Under the pieces are notes generated by a model. It worked only from the letters and a program-made list of their open reading frames with translations, was not told the DNA's origin and ran no database searches. Source: an uncultured Treponema sp. (GTDB lineage Bacteria > Spirochaetota > Spirochaetia > Treponematales > Treponemataceae). Taken from it: a stretch of DNA of 64,000 nt. Positions 1 through 7,781 of the stretch are shown here, in pieces. The stretch covers positions 4,220 to 68,219 of the forward strand of contig CAMHMJ010000012.1 of the NCBI GenBank assembly GCA_946186185.1. The letters run 5' to 3'. The position numbers were made by a program, and so were the translations under genes. Position 1 is the stretch's first letter, and each line of letters opens with the position of its first letter.

Positions 1-634
1 TCTTTGTTCTGTTTTTTGGGATAGACTCATCTTCAAACATTGTGTAGGCACCACAGCATTCATTTCTCTGTGCATAGATAACCGGGGTGGCACCAATAGC
101 CTTGATAAAGTCTTCAAGAAGTTTTGGATTTTCAGCATCATCCAGCTGAAGAACTTTGCCAGGTCTCAAAAGAAGACAACCGTAATAAGCACCGATTTTC
201 TTTCCTGTTAAAGGATTCTTTACGGCAGCTTTTACTTTGTCCCAGCCTACAACATCCCGCAGAATTTCGAGGTAGTGAAGAACTTTTGCTTCTCCATGGT
301 ACTCAATTTCATCCTGCTTTAAGTAATTGTTCACCTTGAGAATGACGTTCTCGTCAGTCAGCATGTCGTTGTTAACCTGCTTGAGCACGTTATAACACGC
401 AGAACAGAGAGTAACTAAGTCATGTCCTGAATCCCGGGCATTTGCCAGAGCCCGGACAGAAGAAAGCTTTGAAGCAATCTCATCTTTTGCCAGAGGGTAT
501 TCTCCGCCGCAGCACTGCCATTCAGGAATTTCTTCAAGTGTGAATCCTAATGCTTCCGCAGACTTACGAGCCCAGATATCAAGTTCGGTTGCCTTGTTCT
601 TGAGCGTACAGCCTGGAAAATAAGAATATGTCAT
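1..634 (-). CDS. HdrB-like CCG-domain iron-sulfur protein (heterodisulfide reductase subunit B / GlpC / TfrB family); N-terminal part only, the gene runs off the left edge
   Basis: Absent from the ORF track because it is open at the window edge. Manual reverse translation from ATG 632-634 gives MTYSYFPGCTLKNKATELDIWARKSAEALGFTLEEIPEWQCCGGEYPLAKDE...LVTLCSACYNVLKQ...QRNECCGAYTMFED. The YFPGC start and the duplicated CCG cysteine motifs are the family signature. GGGAG lies 7 nt upstream of this ATG. An alternative in-frame ATG is at 644-646. Confidence 0.7.
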   Translation of the reverse strand, partial: MTYSYFPGCTLKNKATELDIWARKSAEALGFTLEEIPEWQCCGGEYPLAKDEIASKLSSVRALANARDSGHDLVTLCSACYNVLKQVNNDMLTDENVILKVNNYLKQDEIEYHGEAKVLHYLEILRDVVGWDKVKAAVKNPLTGKKIGAYYGCLLLRPGKVLQLDDAENPKLLEDFIKAIGATPVIYAQRNECCGAYTMFEDESIPKNRTK

Positions 635-782
635 ACTTGCTCCCATAAAATATATATCAAATATTTATGACTTTTTAATTTGCAAATTTTTTGCAATTAT
701 CTATATATTATAAACTCTTTTTGAAAATTTGTGAAGATTAAATAGAAAGGAATAAAAAAATATTTGTTCGATTTGAAGAAAG

Positions 783-921
783 AGAGTAGCGAAAGGCGCC
801 GACTCCGTGAGTCGACTTTATAAGTCGGGGGTTCGCTGTAAAGAAATCAATTTAAAAATAAAAAAGCATCTTGAATTATCAAGATGCTTTAGTGGGCAGT
901 GAGAGGATCGAACTTGCCTAA
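783..921 (-). repeat. Unit 1 of a tRNA-Val-derived tandem repeat: degenerate inverted T-arm fragment (824-835), terminator-like hairpin (865-888), then a copy of the tRNA-Val 3' end (894-915)
   Basis: gggcagtgagaggatcgaact at 894-915 is identical to the 3' end of the intact tRNA-Val at 1288-1309. An ~85-bp block (gttcgctgtaaagaa..gatcgaact) matches unit 2 with two mismatches by eye. Confidence 0.8.
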
Positions 922-989
922 AATCGAAGAAGCGTTAAAAAACGAGCCGAAAGGGTCGTTTTAGCTTCATCCAAAAAAAGGCTCGCCTT

Positions 990-1117
990 GAGCGGTAGCG
1001 AAAAGGCGCCGACCTAAGGTCGGGAGTTCGCTGTAAAGAAGTCAATTTAAAAATAAAAAAGCACCTTGAATTATCAAGATGCTTTAGTGGGCAGTGAGAG
1101 GATCGAACTCCCGACAT
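990..1117 (-). repeat. Unit 2 of the tRNA-Val-derived tandem repeat: inverted T-arm fragment (1019-1030), hairpin (1060-1083), then a copy of the tRNA-Val 3' end (1089-1117)
   Basis: gggcagtgagaggatcgaactcccgacat at 1089-1117 is identical to tRNA-Val 1288-1316. The three copies of the 3' fragment start at 894, 1089 and 1288, giving spacings of 195 and 199 bp. Confidence 0.85.
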
Positions 1118-1252
1118 GCGTAAAATCGGGAATCCGTTAAAAAAAATTGCGAAAGCAATTTTTTAGGATTATCCCTAAAACCGCTCCGAGTGAGCGGCAG
1201 CGAACGAGGTCTGGAAGAATGTCGGGAGTTCAAATGTAAAATCTGTTTAAAA

Positions 1253-1284
1253 CAAAAAAAAGACTCTAGAAAACCTAGAGTCTT
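1253..1284 (-). terminator. Intrinsic terminator downstream of tRNA-Val
   Basis: On the minus strand, AGACTCTAG-GTTTT-CTAGAGTCT (a perfect 9-bp stem) is followed by a run of eight T, starting 3 nt after the tRNA 3' end. Confidence 0.75.
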
Positions 1285-1286
1285 TA

Positions 1287-1360
1287 TGGGCAGTGAGAGG
1301 ATCGAACTCCCGACATTCTGGGTGTAAACCAGACGCTCGTACCAGCTGAGCTAACTGCCC
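1287..1360 (-). tRNA. tRNA-Val (anticodon TAC)
   Basis: The reverse complement folds as a 74-nt cloverleaf: GGGCAGT TA GCTC AGCTGGTAC GAGC G TCTGG TTTACAC CCAGA ATGTC GGGAG TTCGATC CTCTC ACTGCCC A. It has a canonical GTTCGATC T-loop and a 7-bp acceptor stem. CCA is not encoded. Confidence 0.93.
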
Positions 1361-1369
1361 GATGAATAT

Positions 1370-1398
1370 AATATAGAAAATTACTAAAAAAATGTCAA
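1370..1398 (-). promoter_or_regulatory. Sigma-70-type promoter for tRNA-Val
   Basis: The minus strand reads TTGACA (1393-1398), a 17-nt spacer, then TATATT (1370-1375), ending 9 nt upstream of tRNA position 1. Confidence 0.55.
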
Positions 1399-1447
1399 TA
1401 GGAATCAGGAAAAATATTATAAAAAAAAGACTTTAAAGTTCTAACTT

Positions 1448-1621
1448 AAAAATTGGCTCTCAGCGGGAACCCCGATTGAAAAACGGCAGTACCGCTTCAC
1501 AGTCTCGAGTGTTTTGCCCAATGGGCTGTCACGAGTCGCTTCACAAGTGCCAATGCAAGCATTGTCATTTGCTCCGCTTTGTCGCGCCTTCAAAACGAAA
1601 ACCCCGCTTACGCCAATTTTT
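1448..1621 (+). repeat. Copy A of a ~174-bp dispersed element with imperfect terminal inverted repeats (MITE-like or structured-RNA-like)
   Basis: It begins aaaattggctctcagcggg and ends ccccgcttacgccaatttt, so the termini are reverse complements (AATTGGC-N3/4-AGCGGG). A second copy lies in the opposite orientation at 20811-20984. The 3' 109 nt differ at only 3 positions by manual alignment. Confidence 0.85.
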
Positions 1622-1667
1622 ATTTATTCTTTTAAAGTCGAAATTATGGCTTATAAATTATAATGCT

Positions 1668-1700
1668 GAAGCCTTTTCATTTTTTGATTAAAAAGGCTTC
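1668..1700. terminator. Hairpin downstream of the P83/100-family gene (bidirectional terminator-like)
   Basis: GAAGCCTTTT (1668-1677) pairs with AAAAGGCTTC (1691-1700), a perfect 10-bp stem with a T/A-rich loop and flanks. It sits 9 nt beyond the stop codon of the minus-strand CDS. Confidence 0.55.
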
Positions 1701-1708
1701 GGCAAATC

Positions 1709-3277
1709 TTATTTCTCGTCTCTATCCTCTGATTCAACAGCACTTAAATCAGATTTTTTGAGAATTTTAACTCTACCATTTGCTCCGGAAACGATTACAT
1801 ATTCCGAAGTGATTGTCATTGGTGTACTTGGTTTTACGTTTGTAGTTCCCTTTAATTTAAGGTTCAAATCTGCATCGTATTTTCCAACAACCCAGTTATC
1901 GTTATTCTGAATTACACAGTAGAAGCTTCCGCTATCCTGAATGAGTACAGAATCTTCTGCAACGATTTCATTTGATTCCTTACAGATTTCCATTGTGTCA
2001 GGGGAGAGGAGGACAAGCTTTACTGCTCCGTTTCCAGAGTTTTCCCCGGCAATTGCGATAAAGTTTTCGCCAGCCTGGAACATGGTTCTGTTTCGGATAT
2101 AGGTTACAGGTGAGGACTGAATAACTTCTCCATTTGAAGTGTTAACCTTTACAAGTCCTGAAAGAAGGCTTCCTTCATCGGTAAGCTTGATTGCATAAGC
2201 TGAAGGTGCTTTAGAGTTTTCAATCTCTTTCTGAATTACTTCCTGCTGATCCTGGGCAATAGTCTTTCTTTCTGACTGTGCTTCTTCACTCTTTTTGTCA
2301 GAGCGCTGCTGTTCTTCGGTTGCCTTGTTTTCAGCTTCTTCTACCTTTTTCTGCTGCTGCTGTTCTGTCTGCTTCTGCTCTTCATATTCAGATTTCTTTT
2401 CCTCAGCTTTTTTCTGAAGTTCTTTGTTGTCAGGATTTTCTTCAGCTTTCTTTTTTGCTTCCTGAGCCTGAGTCTTCTTTTCTTCGGTCTTCTTCTTTTC
2501 TTCTACAAGCTTTTTCTTTTCCTCAGTTGCCTTTTTCTGAGATTCCTGAGCTTTCTTTGAAGAATCTTCGCTTTCACGTTCCTTAATATCTACCATTTTT
2601 TTACGGTCATCGATATTTTTACTGTCGTCTTCCTGCATATGTTTTACAACCTGAGTATCAGTGATGACTGTTGTATCAATCGTGCTTAATCCGCCGTTTA
2701 CATCAAAAAGAGGAATCACAATCTGGCTTTTTCCCGGCCATTCCTTGTAGTTCACTGAAAGACCGCATGAACCTTCCGTAAGATTCTTTACTACAACGTT
2801 CTTGTATTTTTCCTTAAACTGATCGAGCTTTCCTCGATAAACTGCATTGTAAACGGTAACAAAAACCGCAATTGTTTCTGCATCGCTTTCTGAATATCCG
2901 TATGCAGATACAAGGTAACTTGCAATGATGTGTCTGAGGTTTGTAATGTGGTCTACTGTTGCATCCGATCCGATTAAAAGAATATCTGCATCAAGCTTGC
3001 TTTTTTCAGAAGCATCAACTGCGTGAATAACTGCATATTTTGAATAACCTGCGCGAATTTCCTTATCCTTTGAGGTGGCAACTACTTTTCCAATATCAGA
3101 ACCGATTTTTTTGATGCTCTCCAGTGAGTCAATTTTTGAATGAGGTCCTGTATAGTTGATAAATACGATTGTGTCGTTTCCTGCGCTCTGAAGTTCCTTT
3201 TCGTCTACCTCAAGTGCTGACAGCGTTGAAATTGTAAGCAGGCAGAAAAGAAAGCCTGCAAGCTTTTTAAACTTCAT
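1709..3277 (-). CDS. P83/100-family surface/periplasmic antigen homologue (signal peptide, conserved N-terminal domain, Lys/Glu-rich coiled-coil centre)
   Basis: The segments VFINYTGPHSK, VDHITNLRHIIASYLVSAYGYSESDAETIAVFVTVYNAVYRGKLDQF and GLSVNYKEWPGKSQIVIPL match my recollection of Borrelia P83/100 (FVNYKGPYDS, LNLRRILTGYLIKSFDY..ITIYNAVYRGDLDYY, SRVYSQWAGKTQIFIPL). I moved the start to the internal Met (MKFKKLAGFLFCLL) because GGAGGAAAAAATG gives a strong RBS and a signal peptide follows. Confidence 0.8.
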   Translation of the reverse strand: MKFKKLAGFLFCLLTISTLSALEVDEKELQSAGNDTIVFINYTGPHSKIDSLESIKKIGSDIGKVVATSKDKEIRAGYSKYAVIHAVDASEKSKLDADILLIGSDATVDHITNLRHIIASYLVSAYGYSESDAETIAVFVTVYNAVYRGKLDQFKEKYKNVVVKNLTEGSCGLSVNYKEWPGKSQIVIPLFDVNGGLSTIDTTVITDTQVVKHMQEDDSKNIDDRKKMVDIKERESEDSSKKAQESQKKATEEKKKLVEEKKKTEEKKTQAQEAKKKAEENPDNKELQKKAEEKKSEYEEQKQTEQQQQKKVEEAENKATEEQQRSDKKSEEAQSERKTIAQDQQEVIQKEIENSKAPSAYAIKLTDEGSLLSGLVKVNTSNGEVIQSSPVTYIRNRTMFQAGENFIAIAGENSGNGAVKLVLLSPDTMEICKESNEIVAEDSVLIQDSGSFYCVIQNNDNWVVGKYDADLNLKLKGTTNVKPSTPMTITSEYVIVSGANGRVKILKKSDLSAVESEDRDEK

Positions 3278-3381
3278 TTTTTCCTCCATTTTTTTAAACA
3301 ACGTAGAAATATTATACAATAAATCAACAAATAATGGAAACAAATTTTACATTTATATAGAGTGTAAATTATTCAATCTTT

Positions 3382-4464
3382 ATGAAGGCTGTGAATAAAT
3401 TTTACAGTTATACATGGTATAGATTATTTTACATTTATAAAGCTGCGGTTTTCATGCCCCTTTTTTCAAGTCTTCAGAAGCAGGGGGATTGTGCCGAAAA
3501 ATGTAGTATGAAAATGTACTTTCTGATTTTTCCGGCTGTAAAGCCTGGTCTTAAATTTTCCCTGCTTACAAGGGCTTTTATTCCTAACATACTCTGTCTT
3601 CTAGTTTTTTTTTATTTTTCCTGCGCAAAAAAAGGGGCATCTTCCGGAAATCCGGGTGCAGAATCGGAGATTGTTTCCCTGGAAGTTCAGCCGGTTGAAT
3701 CCTTTAAAACCGGAAAAATTATGAGTAAATCTGCCTCCCTCTGTATTTTTGGACGGGATTCTGAAATGCACTCCCTCCTTAAACTTTCGGAAGGAACAGA
3801 TGTAGAAATTCTTGAACTGGACGGAAAAATTGATTCAAAAATTATTGAAGATATTTCCGAAAAGGAATATTTCCACTCGGTTTACGATAATGTTGATTTC
3901 TGGATTGAAAAAAACGTTCTTGCCTTCAACTGTGAAAGTGCGGTAGCAATTGAAAATACATTCCTTTTTTCAGATCCTGAATTAACTAAAAAAATTGAAT
4001 CAAAGCAGAATCCCCTCAGATTTTCTGCATTTGTAGCGGTTGAGCTTTCCGACGGGAAAGAGTCTCTTGAAAAATCTTCGGAAGATTACTCCGATAAAAA
4101 AACTGTTCCCGGCAAGGCTTATCCTTCTTCAAAAAAAATATTTTTTTATGATTACGATTTGAATGCCGTAAGGGAGGCTTATGCAGCTTCTGACTCCATA
4201 AGCTCCCGTAAGGACGATATAATTGTAAGTAAAATTGCCATGAAGCTTCGGGAAACTAAAAAGGCTGTAGCCCGAAACGAGCTTTTTGCAGAAGCGGCAA
4301 AATATAATCCATGCAAAAAGGTTCTTGCCGTGCTTGATGACCAGAAGGTAGAAAAGAAGAGCTATAACTATCAGGAAGTTTTGCAGTCAATGCAGAAAAG
4401 AAGTTACGGCGTAAACATAAATGAGCTTATGACGGTTGACCAGTCAAAGGATCCGTTTAAATAA
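3382..4464 (+). CDS. Hypothetical protein, probable lipoprotein or membrane-anchored
   Basis: Long ORF. A hydrophobic stretch ending FFYFSCAKKG resembles a spirochaetal lipobox. The true start is uncertain; the internal ATG at 3508 (MKMYFLIF) is an alternative. I recognise no family. Confidence 0.6.
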   Translation: MKAVNKFYSYTWYRLFYIYKAAVFMPLFSSLQKQGDCAEKCSMKMYFLIFPAVKPGLKFSLLTRAFIPNILCLLVFFYFSCAKKGASSGNPGAESEIVSLEVQPVESFKTGKIMSKSASLCIFGRDSEMHSLLKLSEGTDVEILELDGKIDSKIIEDISEKEYFHSVYDNVDFWIEKNVLAFNCESAVAIENTFLFSDPELTKKIESKQNPLRFSAFVAVELSDGKESLEKSSEDYSDKKTVPGKAYPSSKKIFFYDYDLNAVREAYAASDSISSRKDDIIVSKIAMKLRETKKAVARNELFAEAAKYNPCKKVLAVLDDQKVEKKSYNYQEVLQSMQKRSYGVNINELMTVDQSKDPFK

Positions 4465-4557
4465 ATAAGGATAAAAAAAGGGAACTGCCGTAATAAACCG
4501 AATTAAACTTTGGCTGGCAGTCTGCCAAGTTCCAGCCTCGGGGAATAACTTTTTCTG

Positions 4558-6426
4558 CTACATCTTAAGACGGGCTATGTTTGAAAGATTATTTCTGGCT
4601 TCTTCCCGAACTTCTGAAGAATACTGGCTTGAAAGAAGGAGCTTCTGAATTTCCATTCCGTAATTGTAAAGGGCCGGGCGTCCCATAAACCGGCAGATTT
4701 CATAGACGGAGCGGCTTATGTTTATGAGAATTGTTGTAGAGCGGGCAGGAACTGTAACCAGCTTTGCTTTAATGGCATCCAGCATAAGGTTTTCCGGGTC
4801 GTAGGCACAAAGTCCGCAGGCCCGGATCAGCATTGTAAGGGTCTGTGGATTGTTTTCTGCACGAACCAGGCGGCTTAAAAGCTTTGAATAATCATCTGTT
4901 CCAAGAAGGGGCATCTGAAGAATTATGCTTTCAAAACCGGCGGAATCATTTTCAAAAATATTCCGCTCCGTTGGTCGGGAGCCTGAATAAGAGGTCTGTT
5001 TCAATTCAATGTATTTTTCACAGGCTGCGATAATTGAGCTTGAATAGTCAATTTCCTCTGTTGAATAAAGTCCTTCACCGATTTTTTTTACTCTTGCCTG
5101 ATTTGTCATTGAAGCAGGAAGGGAACTTGAATAGGATAGAATCGATTTTACTTCATCAATTTTAAGATATTCCTGATAACACCAGGTGTTTTTCCGCTCA
5201 TTTTTAGTTTTTGAAAGGTTTGTGCCCCGGCTTCCCTTGGTTGTCTTTTCCACGGTTACTTTCATCACAGTCCTGAAGCCGTTTAATACCCAGGATGTTC
5301 CCAGAACCACAAGATGGTTTTCACTGGTGTAAAAAATGTGATTCCAGCCTGTGGCCTTTGAATTTCTGGAAGGAAGAGCGGCATTGTAAACTGTACGACC
5401 GGAACAGTTTATTATGAGGGCTGTTTTGTCGTCGCTTAAAAAGACTCCTTCATCTCCGTAAATTTTTGAGTAACAGGAAAGGCGGTCAAAGCTTATGTCC
5501 GGAACATGAAAAATGTTTTTTACCTGTCCTTTTTTAGAATCAAAAAAGATCAGTTTTATATTCTTTGCCGAATTGCATAAAATCAGGGCTGCTTCATTTT
5601 CTGAGGTCTGAACGAAAGCGGATCCCTTTTCAGGAAGTGCTTCCCGGAAGCAGGGGTCGTCAGAGGGAAAGGCCCACTTTGTTACCACGCTGTTTTTTTC
5701 AACGCCAACCATTCCAAGTCCTCCGCAGAGGAAGCTTAAAAGAATGCCTCTGTCCGTTGCACTAGCGTCTGAAACGGGGCCTGCAAATGAAATCGTTTCC
5801 AGAACTTCTCCAAAGGGAGTAAATCGAAGGCCCTGGGTTCGTTCCTGTACAGGTCCGTCTAAAAATGCTATAAGAGTTCCGTCGTCAAGGGGAACTATGC
5901 TCATGTTTTTTAATGGAGGTGTCTGAATCTTCCATTTTACGATTCCGTTTACACCAAGACAGGCTATCTGTTTTTTTCCCTGGATGAATATTCGGGAATC
6001 CCGGCCTGTTACAGGCTTTGCAATTACCGGAAAACCGATATTCTGGGACCATAAAAGCTTTCCGCTGGGGTTAATGAGGCTTACTGCAGAATTTTCACTT
6101 ACAAGAATAATAAAATCTTTTGAGAGAACTGAGATATAGTTTGTTTTTCTGCTGAAAACCGGATAATCCCAGAGCTGTTTTCCATTTTCGGAATAGGCTG
6201 AAAGAAGTTTTCCGTCTGTCAGGACAACAAAGCCGTAGCTTGTCATTTCCGGAGACTGTATTGCTTTTCCGCTCATAACGCTGGTCCAGCTTGCGTTGTC
6301 AAAGGAAAGTTTTATTTTTTCCGGATTATTCTGTGCAGAAATATTTCTTTCTGGAAAAACTAAAAAAGAGAGAAAAAAAAACAAAACTAACTGAACATTA
6401 AAAGCGGAGCGCAAATATTTTTTCAT
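4558..6426 (-). CDS. Hypothetical secreted protein with a BamB/PQQ-like beta-propeller-type repeat region and a helical C-terminal region
   Basis: N-terminal signal peptide (LVLFFFLSFLVFPERNISAQ). Recurrent G-K-x-L-W motifs (NGKQLWDYPV, SGKLLWSQNIGFPV, NGIVKWKIQTP). ATGA start/stop overlap with the upstream methyltransferase gene. Confidence 0.65.
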   Translation of the reverse strand: MKKYLRSAFNVQLVLFFFLSFLVFPERNISAQNNPEKIKLSFDNASWTSVMSGKAIQSPEMTSYGFVVLTDGKLLSAYSENGKQLWDYPVFSRKTNYISVLSKDFIILVSENSAVSLINPSGKLLWSQNIGFPVIAKPVTGRDSRIFIQGKKQIACLGVNGIVKWKIQTPPLKNMSIVPLDDGTLIAFLDGPVQERTQGLRFTPFGEVLETISFAGPVSDASATDRGILLSFLCGGLGMVGVEKNSVVTKWAFPSDDPCFREALPEKGSAFVQTSENEAALILCNSAKNIKLIFFDSKKGQVKNIFHVPDISFDRLSCYSKIYGDEGVFLSDDKTALIINCSGRTVYNAALPSRNSKATGWNHIFYTSENHLVVLGTSWVLNGFRTVMKVTVEKTTKGSRGTNLSKTKNERKNTWCYQEYLKIDEVKSILSYSSSLPASMTNQARVKKIGEGLYSTEEIDYSSSIIAACEKYIELKQTSYSGSRPTERNIFENDSAGFESIILQMPLLGTDDYSKLLSRLVRAENNPQTLTMLIRACGLCAYDPENLMLDAIKAKLVTVPARSTTILINISRSVYEICRFMGRPALYNYGMEIQKLLLSSQYSSEVREEARNNLSNIARLKM

Positions 6427-7733
6427 TCTTTTACCAGATACAAAAGACTTTCAATGTGGCTTGTGTTGGGATAAAAATCAAGAAGGAAAGCTTTCTGAAT
6501 TTTGTATCCGTTTTTAACTAAAAAGGCAATATCCCTTGCCTGAGTAGCCGGGTCACAGGAAACGGCCCTTATCTGCGGAATATTTGAACTGGCAAGATAA
6601 TTCCGGACTTCTTTTTCCATGCCGCTGCGAGGCGGGTCTATTACAACTGCGTCGAAATCTGCCTGACTGAATTCTGACTGTCCGCCATTAGATTTGTTTC
6701 CGGCACTATGACTTCCAGTTCCTGTTGTTCGGCTTCCAGCCTCAGACTTACCTGTTCCGTAATTTTCTGATGCTTCAATTGTTTCTACCCATTTTTTGCC
6801 GCTCATTCCCCAGGAAACGTGATTTTTTCCTGCAAGATTTTTTTCTGCGTAAACCAGAGCATCCCGGTTGTGTTCAACCAGGGTTACTTCTTCAAAAAAG
6901 TCTGCCAGAAATACAGAAAAGGTTCCGCAGCCTGAATACATATCCAGAACCCTGTGACCTTTCAGTCCCCGGATTGTTTCCTGAAGTGCTTTTTCTAAGA
7001 CTTCCATATTGGACTGGAAAAAGCCCCGGACATCGAAGTAAATGTCTTTTCCCAGAAGCGTGATTTTTGCTTCCGTATCTTCGTTGATCTGGGTTCCGGA
7101 ATAGATTTTCCTTGTCATTTTTATATTTTTGTTTTTCTTTTTCAGGGAAAGGTTAGGGTCAATAGTGTTTTTTTCAGGAATTTTTGCGATTACTACTTTT
7201 TTATCCAGTAAGTCGCTTCCGAAAAGATTACATCTCCCTTTTGGACGGGCTACGGCCGGTACGCTCTTTAAATATTCGTTTATATTTTTGTCTGCAATAG
7301 GGCAGTTTTCTGCATAGATTTTTTCGTTGCTGCTTCGTTCTGAGAATGCACCGTCATTCAGATTAAACCTTGAACGGTAACCTGTTGCTTTTCCGCTTAA
7401 AATTGAAATTTCCGGCAGGGTAACGCCATTGTTTTCAAAAAGTTCCCTTAAAACCTGAAGCTTCAGGTTTTTCTGTTCTTCTTCACTTATGTGCATCATG
7501 TTGCAGCCGCCGCATTTCTGGTAAAGAGGACAAACAGGTTCAACCCGGTCAGGGGATGGTTTTAGAACTTTTACAATTCTTCCCTCATCGTAGTCTTTTT
7601 TATTTTCAGTAATTTCTATTTCAAGCTCTTCGCCGGGGAGTGCATAGGGAACAAATACGGTTTTTCCGTTAATTTTTCCAACACATTTTCCCCCAAAAGC
7701 AAATTTATCTGTTATAATGGTATAAGAATTCAT
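6423..7733 (-). CDS. RumA/TrmA-family 23S rRNA (uracil-C5)-methyltransferase with TRAM domain and Fe-S cysteine cluster
   Basis: N-terminal TRAM-like barrel, cluster CPLYQKCGGCNMMH, SAM motif VLDMYSGCGTFS, VIDPPRSG, and the catalytic-Cys motif AVSCDPATQARD. Confidence 0.85.
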   Translation of the reverse strand: MNSYTIITDKFAFGGKCVGKINGKTVFVPYALPGEELEIEITENKKDYDEGRIVKVLKPSPDRVEPVCPLYQKCGGCNMMHISEEEQKNLKLQVLRELFENNGVTLPEISILSGKATGYRSRFNLNDGAFSERSSNEKIYAENCPIADKNINEYLKSVPAVARPKGRCNLFGSDLLDKKVVIAKIPEKNTIDPNLSLKKKNKNIKMTRKIYSGTQINEDTEAKITLLGKDIYFDVRGFFQSNMEVLEKALQETIRGLKGHRVLDMYSGCGTFSVFLADFFEEVTLVEHNRDALVYAEKNLAGKNHVSWGMSGKKWVETIEASENYGTGKSEAGSRTTGTGSHSAGNKSNGGQSEFSQADFDAVVIDPPRSGMEKEVRNYLASSNIPQIRAVSCDPATQARDIAFLVKNGYKIQKAFLLDFYPNTSHIESLLYLVKE

Positions 7734-7781
7734 TTAAGTTTAATTCTAGCAAAAAAATTATTTTTAGTGGAGTGTGAATTT

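Noticed and set aside
783-1360. Possible CRISPR-like array, suggested by regularly spaced repeats
   Set aside because: There are only three copies at ~195-bp spacing. The repeat is the 3' end of tRNA-Val, the spacers are themselves homologous to each other, and no cas genes are present.
1476-1691. 71-aa ORF with a Cys/His-rich peptide (HESLHKCQCKHCHLLRFVAPSK) that recurs in the ORF at 20728-20910
   Set aside because: Both ORFs lie inside the two copies of the 174-bp repeat, so the peptide similarity is just nucleotide identity. All three core nucleotide differences between the copies are non-synonymous in this frame (C/R, RK/QE), there is no RBS, and the ORF ends differ. I treat it as non-coding repeat DNA.
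660-1700. Possible integrated mobile element or genomic island at tRNA-Val
   Set aside because: Duplicated tRNA 3' ends are present, but no integrase, excisionase or other cargo ORF occurs between or next to them, and flanking genes on both sides look like core genes. At most this is a scar.
2278-2586. 102-aa plus-strand ORF and apparent DNA repetitiveness (gaagaaaa/ctttttc runs)
   Set aside because: It is antisense to the Lys/Glu-rich coiled-coil region of the P83/100-family gene. The repetitiveness is coding low complexity, not a tandem repeat element.
3278-3343. N-terminal 22-codon extension of the P83/100-family ORF (MFPLFVDLLYNISTLFKKMEEK)
   Set aside because: The internal ATG at 3277 has a GGAGG RBS and starts a typical signal peptide, whereas the extension has neither.
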